Assembly (NCBI GenBank): GCA_049519355.1
Contig: JBEKQV010000001.1
Location: forward strand, 193-64,192
Origin: Candidatus Microgenomates bacterium
Lineage (GTDB): Bacteria; Patescibacteriota; Microgenomatia; UBA8517
Direction: 5' to 3'
Length of the DNA: 64,000 nucleotides
The notes beneath the pieces were generated by a model that ran no database searches, was not told where the DNA came from, and saw nothing but the letters and a program-made list of their open reading frames with translations. The translations under genes were made by a program, and so were the position numbers. Numbering within the stretch: the stretch's first letter is position 1; each line of letters starts with the position of its first letter. Shown in pieces: positions 1-9,150 of the stretch.

Positions 1-300
1 TTACCAGATCTCGAAACATCGGCTCCGTAGGTTTGGTACCTATTTTCAGCTAGAAAAATCATATGCCTCCCAGCACCTGAACCATGATCCAAAATCTTAA
101 ATTTATTCGAATTCTTACGAGGAAAATTTCCAAAAACAAATTGTATTACTCTTTCGTGTGGATAACGAGTACAAAATTGGTCTTGCCTGTGCAGATCGTT
201 CCACAACTTTCTATTATTTTGAATTCTATTAATATTCAAGTTATTATTAAAAATATTCTTCCTAAAACGAACAGGTTAATTTCTAATTACAAAGTTCTTC
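1..300 (-). pseudogene. Diverged, truncated second copy of the 5' half of the adjacent SAM-methyltransferase gene. It runs off the window edge and may be a partial paralog or pseudogene.
   Basis: My own minus-strand translation of 1-260 gives ...IQNNRKLWNDLHRQDQFCTRYPHERVIQFVFGNFPRKNSNKFKILDHGSGAGRHMIFLAENRYQTYGADVSRSG. This is collinear with the N-terminus of the 338..1021 product (MNSIQKNKSLWQDLHKHLQFRTRYPHERV...GSGAGRHVVFLAENGYQAYGADISSTG). Bases 63-180 are near-identical to 853-970. Confidence 0.4.
63..180. repeat. 118-bp direct repeat, copy 1, about 98% identical to 853-970
   Basis: The string atgcctcccagcacctgaaccatgatccaaaatcttaaatttattcgaattcttacgaggaaaatttccaaaaacaaattgtattactctttcgtgtggataacgagtac occurs at both loci. 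The copies diverge immediately after (acaaaattgg versus acgaaattgt). Confidence 0.85.
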
Positions 301-337
301 CCGCACCTAAAGTCTCATACTTTTCTACTTAGAGTAA

Positions 338-1021
338 TTATTTCTTTAACTCAACAACAAAGTCGTAGTCTACCATTTCCTTGTTGTTGTATGTATTTAC
401 CATTTCATCAATTGTAATTCTTTTAAATTTATGGAACCTTTTCCTAATTTCTTTTTCAGTGAAAAAATGCATTAACATATTTTTCTCATTATTAACCCTC
501 GTTTTATTATCACCAACAATTATATAATCCCCGTGACCAATACTTTTTGCGTGCTTGAAACGATAATCTCGTCTTGATCTAAGAACAACCAACATTTTAC
601 CCTCCCTCTTCAAAATTCGATATAAATCTGGAATAACTACATCTAATTGTTTGCTATTCAAATAATAAAGTACGCCAAAAGATATTATCCCGTCAAAAAA
701 ATTATCGGCGTATTTTAAGATATTTGAATCGATCAAACTAACATTAACACTCAAATTCCTAATTTTCGTTATTTTCCTAGTAAATGCATTACCCGTACTT
801 GATATATCCGCCCCGTATGCTTGATACCCATTTTCTGCCAAAAAAACAACATGCCTCCCAGCACCTGAACCATGATCCAAAATCTTAAATTTATTCGAAT
901 TCTTACGAGGAAAATTTCCAAAAACAAATTGTATTACTCTTTCGTGTGGATAACGAGTACGAAATTGTAAATGTTTATGAAGATCTTGCCATAAAGACTT
1001 ATTTTTTTGTATTGAATTCAT
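338..1021 (-). CDS. Class I SAM-dependent methyltransferase
   Basis: 227 aa. Motif I ILDHGSGAGRH (GxGxG) and a post-I acidic motif. ATG at 1019-1021. Confidence 0.75.
   Translation of the reverse strand: MNSIQKNKSLWQDLHKHLQFRTRYPHERVIQFVFGNFPRKNSNKFKILDHGSGAGRHVVFLAENGYQAYGADISSTGNAFTRKITKIRNLSVNVSLIDSNILKYADNFFDGIISFGVLYYLNSKQLDVVIPDLYRILKREGKMLVVLRSRRDYRFKHAKSIGHGDYIIVGDNKTRVNNEKNMLMHFFTEKEIRKRFHKFKRITIDEMVNTYNNKEMVDYDFVVELKK
853..970. repeat. 118-bp direct repeat, copy 2, inside the 5' end of the methyltransferase gene
   Basis: Same string as 63-180. Confidence 0.85.
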
Positions 1022-1027
1022 AATTAG

Positions 1028-2128
1028 TTATCTTTTTAATACATTTTTCCACTCGACACCCCTAAAAGCAGAAATATCGCTTTGACAAACTTTTCCTAAT
1101 ATAATTTCAAAAAACTGAGGATGAATCCCCGGGTGCAAAAATCTTTCCGCTCTTAAAACTCTTATGTTTCTTATGGTAAACCTTTCTCCAAATCTAATCT
1201 TTTTAATTGCGAATATACTACGTTTATCTCCAGGATAAATTTCTTTCTCACATTTAGCTATAATTTTTTCATAACTACCCATAATTTTTGGGTGTTTCGA
1301 TAAGAATTCCTTTTTCTGTTTCTGGGAAAATTTTTCAACTTCTCTAATTTTCTTTATCATAAGCATTAGCTCGTTTGGCTCCAATGCGTAGAAATGATCT
1401 GCCCCTTTTAAATTTTTACTGATCGTAAAGTGCTTTTCAACTATCCTTGCACCATTACAAACAGCCAACGTCGGAATTAAAACTGGATCTGTAGTGTGGT
1501 CGGAAACCCCAGCAATAACTCCAAAAACTTTAATAAGTGTTTGAATAAAATTTAGATTATATTCTTCTGCGGGTGCTGGATAAGCAGATAAGCAATGTAG
1601 AACAGCAATTTTAAAATTGTTTTGCTTCTTTATTGTCTCAATTGCTAAATCTATGTCCGAGATTGTGCTTAATCCATCAGACATAATTATTGGTTTATTC
1701 TTCTTCGCAATATGTTTCAGCAAAGGAATATGATTCAATTCTGGAGATGCTATTTTATACGCTAGCGCTCCATATTTTTCTAAAATATCTGAGCTTCTTT
1801 CATCAAATGGGGTGGCAAGAAAAATAATTTTTCTTTCTTCGCAATACTTCTTTAGTTTTGGTATCCAATCATAATCAACCTCATGTTTCTTCAAAAAGCC
1901 GTAAAGATCTAAGGTTTTATTATTTAGTCTAATTTTACCGCTATTTTTAGGGTACAACTTATCAGCCCTAAAAATCTGGAACTTGATAGCGTCTGCCCCA
2001 GCCTCCGCAGCGATATCAACTAGCTTCAATGCTTGATTAAAATTTCCATCATGGTTACTCCCCGCTTCCGCTACAATAAAACTTGAACTATTCTGACTAA
2101 TGTTTTTGTTTCCAATTCTTAAATCCAT
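1028..2128 (-). CDS. Nonulosonic acid synthase, NeuB/PseI/LegI family (N-acetylneuraminate-synthase-like)
   Basis: 366 aa. Hallmark N-terminus IVAEAGSNHDGNFNQALKLVDIAAEAGADAIKFQ, TIM-barrel NeuB core and a C-terminal SAF-like tail. Confidence 0.8.
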   Translation of the reverse strand: MDLRIGNKNISQNSSSFIVAEAGSNHDGNFNQALKLVDIAAEAGADAIKFQIFRADKLYPKNSGKIRLNNKTLDLYGFLKKHEVDYDWIPKLKKYCEERKIIFLATPFDERSSDILEKYGALAYKIASPELNHIPLLKHIAKKNKPIIMSDGLSTISDIDLAIETIKKQNNFKIAVLHCLSAYPAPAEEYNLNFIQTLIKVFGVIAGVSDHTTDPVLIPTLAVCNGARIVEKHFTISKNLKGADHFYALEPNELMLMIKKIREVEKFSQKQKKEFLSKHPKIMGSYEKIIAKCEKEIYPGDKRSIFAIKKIRFGERFTIRNIRVLRAERFLHPGIHPQFFEIILGKVCQSDISAFRGVEWKNVLKR

Positions 2129-3969
2129 TTGGAGATATTAAACTTACTCTTTATAAAATTATTATATTTTAATTCTGCCATCTTCCAGTCTTCTATGGTA
2201 TCTATATCTTGTGCAGACGAGTCTGAAATAATAATAGTACCAAAATTTTCCTCTAGTACTTTCTCATTTTTATTAAATTTATCCGTCCATGCCCAGTAAA
2301 ACTGCCCACTATCGTGATATGAAGCGGGGAAATCCTGAGATCTTTTATACATATTTCCAGGTTGAATCATTTTAATCTTCTGACTAACTATTCTATATGC
2401 TCGCTGAATTGGATAACTGTATCTAACAACGGGAATAACAGAGTCAAACTTTCCCTTTATTAATAAATCGAAAGATTTCTTAAGTAGTCCCTCGGTTATT
2501 AAAGGAGCTGTTGGATAAATACAACAAAAGATATCAAAAACCATAGAATTATTTTCATATCTTCCAAGAACTTCTTTAATTACAGACGCTGTGGTTGAAT
2601 AATCCTCAGAATTTTTTTTTGAACGGAAAAAGGGAACCTTCGCTCCATACTTTTTCGCAACTTTTGCAATCTCTTCATTGTCGGTAGATACCATAACTTC
2701 ATCAAATAACTTACTTTTGATAGCCGTTTCGATAGAATAAGCAATTATTGGCTTACCTAAAAACTTCTTAACATTTTTTTTAGGAATTCTTTTACTACCC
2801 CCTCTCGCAGGAATAATAGCTAATATCTTCCTTTTTTTTAAAAAGGAAGTAATAACTCCAATAACTTTTTGCTGTTCAGAATAACCTAGCCCAGGATAAA
2901 TAGGAATGCTAATTATTCTTTCATAAAATTCTTCCGCAATAGGACAAATGCCCTTTTTGTAACCCAACTCTTGATAATAAGGATGCCAATAAACCGGGAT
3001 ATAGTGTACTTGGCAAAAAATACCATTCTCTTTTAAACGGTTAAACAAATTTAAACGTGTTTCTTTGTCTTTAACTTTAACGATATATAGGTGATAAGCG
3101 TTTTTATACCCTTTATCGGGTTTTATTACCTGTATTTCATTTACTCCCGCAAAAGCTTCATAATATCTTTTTGCAATGGAAATTCTTTTTTCTACAAACT
3201 GATTAACTCTTCCAAGTTGACTTATTCCGAGAGCACACTGGAGATCGGTAATTCTGTAATTATAACCAAGTTCTTGCATTTCATAATACCAAGAACCTTC
3301 ATTTTGATTTATTAATTTGCCAGAGTCCTTGGTTATTCCATGAGTCCTTAAAATAAGCAATTTTTCATAAAATTCTTTTGAATTAGTTGTAATCATTCCT
3401 CCCTCTCCGGTTGTTATATGTTTGACAGGATGAAAACTAAATACAGCCATATCTGAATAAGTACAGTCACCAATCTTTGTACCTTTGTATCGCGAACCCA
3501 AGGAATGACAAGCGTCTTCTATTACAACCAACTTGTGCTTTCTCGCGATATCTTTTATTTTTTTCATATCACAAGGTAACCCACCGTAGTGGACAGGAAT
3601 TACTATTTTTGTTTTCGAAGTTATTTTTTTCTCGATCAATTTTTCATCAATAAGGCCATTTTCCTCTTTAATATCTACAAAGACGGGTCTTGCACCACAA
3701 TACAATGCACAATTTGCTGAAGCTGCAAAAGTCATTGGAGATGTAATCAACTCATCACCCTGTTTTAATCCAGCTGCAAGACACGCAAGGTGGAGAGCAG
3801 CAGTTCCGTTTGAAACCGCAACTGCGTATTTTACATTAACCAGTTTAGCAAACTTTTCTTCGAATTCCTTTATTTTTGGTCCAGTAGTTAGATATTCGGA
3901 GTTTAAAGTATCCACAACTGCTTTTATATCTGATTTACTAATTGTCTGTCTCCCATAAGGTATATTCAT
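2119..3969 (-). CDS. Bifunctional fusion in one ORF. The N-terminal domain is a DegT/DnrJ/EryC1-type PLP sugar aminotransferase (PseC/LegC-like). The C-terminal domain is a CMP-nonulosonate cytidylyltransferase (NeuA/PseF/LegF-like).
   Basis: 616 aa. The N-terminal ~380 aa carry GDELITSPMTFAASAN, DACHSLGS and SFHPVKHITTGEGG. The C-terminal ~230 aa carry ILAIIPARGGSKRIPKKNVKKFLGKPIIAYSIE, the CMP-NeuAc/CMP-KDO synthetase signature. No stop or frameshift lies between the domains. Confidence 0.75.
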   Translation of the reverse strand: MNIPYGRQTISKSDIKAVVDTLNSEYLTTGPKIKEFEEKFAKLVNVKYAVAVSNGTAALHLACLAAGLKQGDELITSPMTFAASANCALYCGARPVFVDIKEENGLIDEKLIEKKITSKTKIVIPVHYGGLPCDMKKIKDIARKHKLVVIEDACHSLGSRYKGTKIGDCTYSDMAVFSFHPVKHITTGEGGMITTNSKEFYEKLLILRTHGITKDSGKLINQNEGSWYYEMQELGYNYRITDLQCALGISQLGRVNQFVEKRISIAKRYYEAFAGVNEIQVIKPDKGYKNAYHLYIVKVKDKETRLNLFNRLKENGIFCQVHYIPVYWHPYYQELGYKKGICPIAEEFYERIISIPIYPGLGYSEQQKVIGVITSFLKKRKILAIIPARGGSKRIPKKNVKKFLGKPIIAYSIETAIKSKLFDEVMVSTDNEEIAKVAKKYGAKVPFFRSKKNSEDYSTTASVIKEVLGRYENNSMVFDIFCCIYPTAPLITEGLLKKSFDLLIKGKFDSVIPVVRYSYPIQRAYRIVSQKIKMIQPGNMYKRSQDFPASYHDSGQFYWAWTDKFNKNEKVLEENFGTIIISDSSAQDIDTIEDWKMAELKYNNFIKSKFNISKWI

Positions 3970-4979
3970 ATAACTCCAAATCTTTTAAAAATTTTGGAAA
4001 CTTCATCCTTAGAAATTACTGCATTTGCAGAACTATACTCCTGCAGTAATTTTTCATTCACAACCTTGCCCTTTTTAATATAAATAGCTTTTTTAATACC
4101 TTTGGTGTCCTGGATAGGAGAACCGATTACATAAAAATTCATAAAATTATATGTTCTAGGTATTTCAGAATTATTTATCATCAATTCATGTATTTTTTCT
4201 CCCGGTCGAATTCCGACTATCTTTATTTTATTTTTCTTATGATATTTATCTCTTAATATCTCGATTAAATCGGTTATTTTAAATGAAGGAATCTTAGGAA
4301 CAAAAATTTCTCCTCCCACTCCATATGTTATGGCATTAAATACCAACTCAACCGCCTGTTTCGGACTGATGATAAACCTCGTCATCCTGGGATCGGTTAA
4401 TGGAATATCATCATTATTTACAATTTTTTCGCTAAAGAAAGGAATTACCGAACCTGTGCTTTCCAAAACATTTCCGTATCTGACTGTGGTAAAAACCGTT
4501 TTAAGATCTCCCTTGCTATAGTTACTCTCCGTAAATATTCTTTCACTAACAAATTTGCAGGCTCCATATGTATTTACAGGTGAACAAGCTTTATCTGTTG
4601 AAATCATTACAGCCTTTTTAACGTTATTTTTAAGACATGCATTCACCACATTTAATGTACCCAAAATATTCGTTTTGATTGATTCTTCAACGTTATATTC
4701 CATAAGATCGAGTCTTTTTAATGCCGCAGCATGAATAACAATATCCACCCGTCTTGTTGCCTTAAGAAGTCTTTCGTAATCCCGGACATCGCCCAAAAAA
4801 TTTCTAATTTTTTTATTGTGGTGAAACTTTTCCTGAAATTTATAATGTTTTACTTCATCGCGACTAAAAACCCTTATACTCTTCGGGTGCTGTTTAAGAA
4901 TTTCTGAAGTTAATGCCTGCCCAAGATAACCAGTGCCTCCCGTAATTAAAACTGTTCTATTTGTAAATATATTTGCCAT
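3966..4979 (-). CDS. UDP-GlcNAc 4,6-dehydratase-like enzyme of the PseB/FlaA1/CapD Polysacc_synt_2 family
   Basis: 337 aa. RTVLITGGTGYLGQALTSEIL Rossmann motif, ...SRDEVKHYKF..., DIVIHAAALK. Length and motifs match PseB/LegB-type enzymes. Confidence 0.75.
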   Translation of the reverse strand: MANIFTNRTVLITGGTGYLGQALTSEILKQHPKSIRVFSRDEVKHYKFQEKFHHNKKIRNFLGDVRDYERLLKATRRVDIVIHAAALKRLDLMEYNVEESIKTNILGTLNVVNACLKNNVKKAVMISTDKACSPVNTYGACKFVSERIFTESNYSKGDLKTVFTTVRYGNVLESTGSVIPFFSEKIVNNDDIPLTDPRMTRFIISPKQAVELVFNAITYGVGGEIFVPKIPSFKITDLIEILRDKYHKKNKIKIVGIRPGEKIHELMINNSEIPRTYNFMNFYVIGSPIQDTKGIKKAIYIKKGKVVNEKLLQEYSSANAVISKDEVSKIFKRFGVI

Positions 4980-6286
4980 TAATTTTCAAAAGTAAAACTA
5001 TCTCTTAGAGCGGTTAGATTGTTTTTGATATTATACTCTTTTCTATATTCGAGCATGTTCTTTTTGAAAACCGCTAATTTACTTTTATATTCTGGGAAAT
5101 TTTCAATCATATCAACCATCTTTCTTACAAACGACTCCATGTTCTCACACCGGAATCCAATAGGTTTCGTTTGTTTATTAAAATAGTCATAACCCGGATT
5201 GCTAAGATGAAGAACCGGCTTAAGATATGAAAAAGATTCAAAAATCGATAGACTACAACCAAACCGATGACGATTTCTATCATATAAATTTATAAACACA
5301 TCGATATCTCGAGCAGAATCCTCCATTTCCCGTCTACTCAAAACTCTTCCCCGGCTTAACCAGGTAATATTCGCAAAACCCTCGGTACCTCTACTATCCA
5401 TGCTAATAATCCGAATTTCATAAGATCTTGTTAATTTCTTTTTAGAAAGAAGTGTTAACATCCTGTACATTTGAGCAGAATCTCCATAACCAAAAACGGC
5501 AAATTTAATAAACTTATTCTTTACAGCAGACGCCGAATTATTAAAAATAATTGGCAAAATGATTGTGTGGAAGTTCAGAAATTTGGTATTTAGATATTTA
5601 CTGGCATTTTTTGTAACATGTGGAGATAAAGAAATATATTTATACTGATTTGAATGTTGCCACATCATCATTTTCTTCACACGGAAAATTTTTTTGAAAA
5701 TAAGTGAATAATTTAAATCTAACCAACGAATTGGAACAGTCACCCTGTTAATTGCAAAGGACAACACCAGTTTCGGATCTCTAAATCCTTTAATAACCGA
5801 TTTTTTGTAGTCAGTTTTTATCATTCCTCTTCTGATTCCAGGAATATAAGCTTCTTTATAATTTTTGTTGGCGATATCTTCCAATTCACCGTGAAGAACA
5901 AAAGTGCAATTAATTTCTTTATATTTATCTTGCTGTTTCAGTTTTTTTACAAGATAAAGAATAACCGGATTCATTGATAAGAAAAAAACCTTATTTTCAT
6001 GAAAGCTTATTAATTTATCAAACATATCTTTTATCAAAAGATAGTTTTTGATAACCCCACCGAGACTATAACTTTTATTTCCACTGAAATTTATAGGAGA
6101 AAGTATTAAATCGTTGATAATAACTCCACTAACCTTAAAAATATTCTTAAGATTTCTGAAATAGTTTTTATCGGCAAAGAATATTATTTTCTCGTTTGGG
6201 TAAGCCAGCCTTAGACCATAGATAAATCCGCTATTTACTTCTTCATGGCTTATTCCTTTACATTGAAGTTCACAGATTACTATCAT
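4979..6286 (-). CDS. Hypothetical protein with a GT-B-like C-terminal half; candidate glycosyltransferase
   Basis: The ATG at 6284-6286 abuts the stop of the upstream gene; the ORF-track start at 6472 lies inside the neighbouring gene. The C-terminal region (FAVFGYGDSAQ...DIDVFINLYDRNRHRFGCSLSIFESFSYLKPVL) resembles GT-B C-domain helices. No family assignment is possible. Confidence 0.45.
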   Translation of the reverse strand: MIVICELQCKGISHEEVNSGFIYGLRLAYPNEKIIFFADKNYFRNLKNIFKVSGVIINDLILSPINFSGNKSYSLGGVIKNYLLIKDMFDKLISFHENKVFFLSMNPVILYLVKKLKQQDKYKEINCTFVLHGELEDIANKNYKEAYIPGIRRGMIKTDYKKSVIKGFRDPKLVLSFAINRVTVPIRWLDLNYSLIFKKIFRVKKMMMWQHSNQYKYISLSPHVTKNASKYLNTKFLNFHTIILPIIFNNSASAVKNKFIKFAVFGYGDSAQMYRMLTLLSKKKLTRSYEIRIISMDSRGTEGFANITWLSRGRVLSRREMEDSARDIDVFINLYDRNRHRFGCSLSIFESFSYLKPVLHLSNPGYDYFNKQTKPIGFRCENMESFVRKMVDMIENFPEYKSKLAVFKKNMLEYRKEYNIKNNLTALRDSFTFEN

Positions 6287-6287
6287 T

Positions 6288-7517
6288 CTATATAATTTCA
6301 ATTTCTGGTAATGGAAAGATAAATTTTCCACCGCTTTCAGTAAACTTTTTCTCCCTTTCCAAAATATTGTATTTAAAATGCCAAGGCAAAACAAAAAAAT
6401 AATCAGGGTTCTTTGATTTAGCAGCCTTTTCGGATATGATTGGAATATTAGTTCCAGGTGTAAACGAACCAAACTTTTCTTTGTTCACTTCCGCGATGCA
6501 AGGAATTTGTCTCGAATTTAATTCGCAAAATTGTAAAAGTACATTTCCCTTGGTACTGGCTCCATAACCAATTATCTTCTTACCGCTTTTTACCAAAGAA
6601 TTAATCAATTTCCCTAAATTTTCTCGGTGTCTAAACACTTTTTCTTCAAAATCACGGTAGGGTTTAGGTGTATCCAATCCCATATCTTTTTCCTGTTCAA
6701 GCAGCCACTTTATAACCGGCTTATTTGATACATATTGTGCTTTCTTTTTACAAGCGGTTACCGCAAAGCTGCCACCGTTTATAGAATTCATTTGGACGTC
6801 TACAATACGCATTCCGCAACTTTCCAATAGGTTTTTCACTACTTTAAAAGAATAAAATTCCAAATGCTCATGGCAAATAGTATCGTAAGCATTTGTTCTT
6901 AACATGCTGGGCATGTAACTTTGTTCAAAATGCCAAACCCCATCATTAGTAAGACATTTTTCAATATCCTGGACGAACGCTTTCGGATTTTCCAGATCGT
7001 AAAACATTGCAATCGAAGTTATTATTTTTGCTTTTGTGTTTGGGAAAGTATCTTGGAAGATTGATTCGGAAAAGAAATCTGAAATTAAAGTCATATCTTT
7101 CGCATAAAATTTCTTGAATTTCTTAGCAGTCGGGTCAATTCCAACTTTTTTATATTTTCCGGAGCAAGCTCTAAGCAGAGTTGCATCATTACTTCCAATA
7201 TCGATCATTAAATCTGTTGCTTTTGGTTTTACCAAGGTTTCAAGCATTTTCATCTTTTGTTGTAAATGCTTTACCATTGAAGAATTAAGTCCAGAGCGGT
7301 ATCCGTAGTTATCTCCGTACATTTCTTCAAGACTATATGATTGCTTCAATTGAAGAAGTCCGCATTTTGAACACCAAACAACATCCAAAGGACCTTTTGT
7401 AATTTTCTCTTTTCTTGATTTTGGAAATACTCCTGTCAGATATTGTTCTCCGAACGAAAGTACTGTAATTAAATGTGAATTTTGACAAATTCTGCACCTT
7501 TTTATCTCTGAATACAT
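6288..7517 (-). CDS. SAM-dependent C-methyltransferase with an N-terminal Zn-ribbon, TylCIII / NDP-hexose C-methyltransferase-like
   Basis: 409 aa. N-terminus CRICQNSHLITVLSFGEQYLTGVF...WCSKCGLLQL carries two CxxC pairs (a putative Zn-binding domain). Then DIGSNDATLL methyltransferase fold and the C-terminal domain typical of sugar C-methyltransferases. Confidence 0.65.
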   Translation of the reverse strand: MYSEIKRCRICQNSHLITVLSFGEQYLTGVFPKSRKEKITKGPLDVVWCSKCGLLQLKQSYSLEEMYGDNYGYRSGLNSSMVKHLQQKMKMLETLVKPKATDLMIDIGSNDATLLRACSGKYKKVGIDPTAKKFKKFYAKDMTLISDFFSESIFQDTFPNTKAKIITSIAMFYDLENPKAFVQDIEKCLTNDGVWHFEQSYMPSMLRTNAYDTICHEHLEFYSFKVVKNLLESCGMRIVDVQMNSINGGSFAVTACKKKAQYVSNKPVIKWLLEQEKDMGLDTPKPYRDFEEKVFRHRENLGKLINSLVKSGKKIIGYGASTKGNVLLQFCELNSRQIPCIAEVNKEKFGSFTPGTNIPIISEKAAKSKNPDYFFVLPWHFKYNILEREKKFTESGGKFIFPLPEIEII

Positions 7518-7519
7518 AT

Positions 7520-8329
7520 TTATTTAGGCAAGATAAGAAAATTTATTTCATTGATTACCCTCGAAAATTTATAGTTAATATCCTCAACAAAATCTATATA
7601 ATCCTGAAAATGCATGTTGTATTTATCTTGATAGATTCCTTGGAATTCAAATATTATAGGCATTTTATTTTTCTTTATTGTTTTCCGGGCTCCTTCCATA
7701 GCCTTTAAATCACCGCCTTCAATATCAATCTTCATAAAGCTTATTTGTTCTTTTATTTTTAGACCATCAATTGTGAGAGATTTCACCTTTCGACCCCTGC
7801 GTGCGATATAATCGATTCCAAAAGATCCGTAAGATTGATATTTTTTAAAATCCTGTACAGGGAAAAAAAGTGTCTTATTATTTTTATTATGGACCGCGCC
7901 AAAATGTGGAATTATTACTCCATTTTTCCCGTTAGCTTTAATATTTTTTAATAAAATTTTATATACCCAATCATCGGCCTCAAAGGAGTAAACCCTTCCT
8001 TTACCGTTTAACAATTTGGAAAACAAGACACTCATCTGACCAAAGTTGCTACCTATATCTAAAACTGAAGTTTTAGGCCTTATAAATTTTGAGGCCCATT
8101 CTACTATTTCTTTATCAAAAATCTGATTGTTTTTAATCGCTGCAGCGATTTCATCATTGATAGCATCGGTTGGTAAAAAATAGTTTCCGGTCTTAGTGCT
8201 ATAAAAAGACAACTTCTTGTTTCTTACAGAATGTGGGACATCTCCGTACTTTACTATGTCATAACCCAATTTCCTAATTGTATTTACAATTAATTTTTTC
8301 ATACCTACGAGAGATAAACTTTTTTCCAT
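7520..8329 (-). CDS. FkbM-family methyltransferase
   Basis: 269 aa. VLDIGSNFGQMSVLF and KIDIEGGDLKAMEGA, the FkbM/Methyltransf_21 hallmarks. Confidence 0.7.
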   Translation of the reverse strand: MEKSLSLVGMKKLIVNTIRKLGYDIVKYGDVPHSVRNKKLSFYSTKTGNYFLPTDAINDEIAAAIKNNQIFDKEIVEWASKFIRPKTSVLDIGSNFGQMSVLFSKLLNGKGRVYSFEADDWVYKILLKNIKANGKNGVIIPHFGAVHNKNNKTLFFPVQDFKKYQSYGSFGIDYIARRGRKVKSLTIDGLKIKEQISFMKIDIEGGDLKAMEGARKTIKKNKMPIIFEFQGIYQDKYNMHFQDYIDFVEDINYKFSRVINEINFLILPK

Positions 8330-9099
8330 TTGTTTTTGCCTAAATTATAAGATAGATGTTTAACATGCTCTTTCTGAATCCAAAAAGAATCGGCCTGCAA
8401 GCCATCTTCTTGCAACTCGTAATCAACAAGCTGAAAATCTTTTGACTTTAATAAATTATATATAGTCTCCCAAGTCTTTTGGCCTTTCCAGATCGGAGCA
8501 AATTCTGTTTCTATCTGCAGGGCTTTAACCTTCTTAATTTCTTTTCCAAATCCCTTCAGGACTTCATAAGTTAAGCCCTCCACATCTATTTTTACGAAAT
8601 CAACAGATTTTATATTATTCTTAGAAATAAAATAATCCATCCTAATAGTTTCGACTTTAATGCCAGTATATATTCCCTCATCATTGTATTTATGTACCTT
8701 CAAAGAAGAAACTCCATTATTTCTTTTAAGATCTACCGCATGAAAAATAACGTCTTTATTTATATCGGAAACTGCTAAACCATAACAATTAAAAGAGTAG
8801 TTGTTCTTAATTTTCTTATAAAGTACGGGGTGAGGTTCAAAAACATAAATATTTTTAGATTTCAAATTAAACTGGGTCCTTAGAAATTCGGCATCTTGCC
8901 CAAAATTTGCTCCAATTTCAAATATATTTTTGGGTACAAAATTTGAAAGCTGTTTAATGTAACGAACGGTTTTCAATAAATATCGTGTGCTCATTTTCGC
9001 AGCATCTAAATCCCTTTTATAAAAAATGATCTGAATCCCTGTTAAGTTGGATATTGTTTGGGTAGTTATTGTTATAAATTTATTTATATATTTTTTCAT
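8305..9099 (-). CDS. FkbM-family methyltransferase, paralog of 7520..8329
   Basis: 264 aa. IFEIGANFGQDAEFL and FVKIDVEGLTYEVLKG. Confidence 0.7.
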   Translation of the reverse strand: MKKYINKFITITTQTISNLTGIQIIFYKRDLDAAKMSTRYLLKTVRYIKQLSNFVPKNIFEIGANFGQDAEFLRTQFNLKSKNIYVFEPHPVLYKKIKNNYSFNCYGLAVSDINKDVIFHAVDLKRNNGVSSLKVHKYNDEGIYTGIKVETIRMDYFISKNNIKSVDFVKIDVEGLTYEVLKGFGKEIKKVKALQIETEFAPIWKGQKTWETIYNLLKSKDFQLVDYELQEDGLQADSFWIQKEHVKHLSYNLGKNKWKKVYLS

Positions 9100-9150
9100 G
9101 ATTATTCTTTGTATTCCTACTTGAATGACTTTTAGGACTTTTAATAGTTT

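Noticed and set aside
84-332. 82-aa plus-strand ORF at the left edge
   Set aside because: It lies antisense to the truncated methyltransferase paralog (minus strand, 1-300) and has low-complexity I/L/N/K-rich content. It is most likely a spurious ORF in AT-rich DNA.
2622-2831. Poly-T/A tracts of 8-9 nt (for example T9 at ~2622-2630, T8 at ~2771 and ~2824, A9 at ~12177) as possible phase-variation sites
   Set aside because: A/T homopolymers of this length are expected by composition alone in this AT-rich sequence. There is no evidence they are contingency loci.
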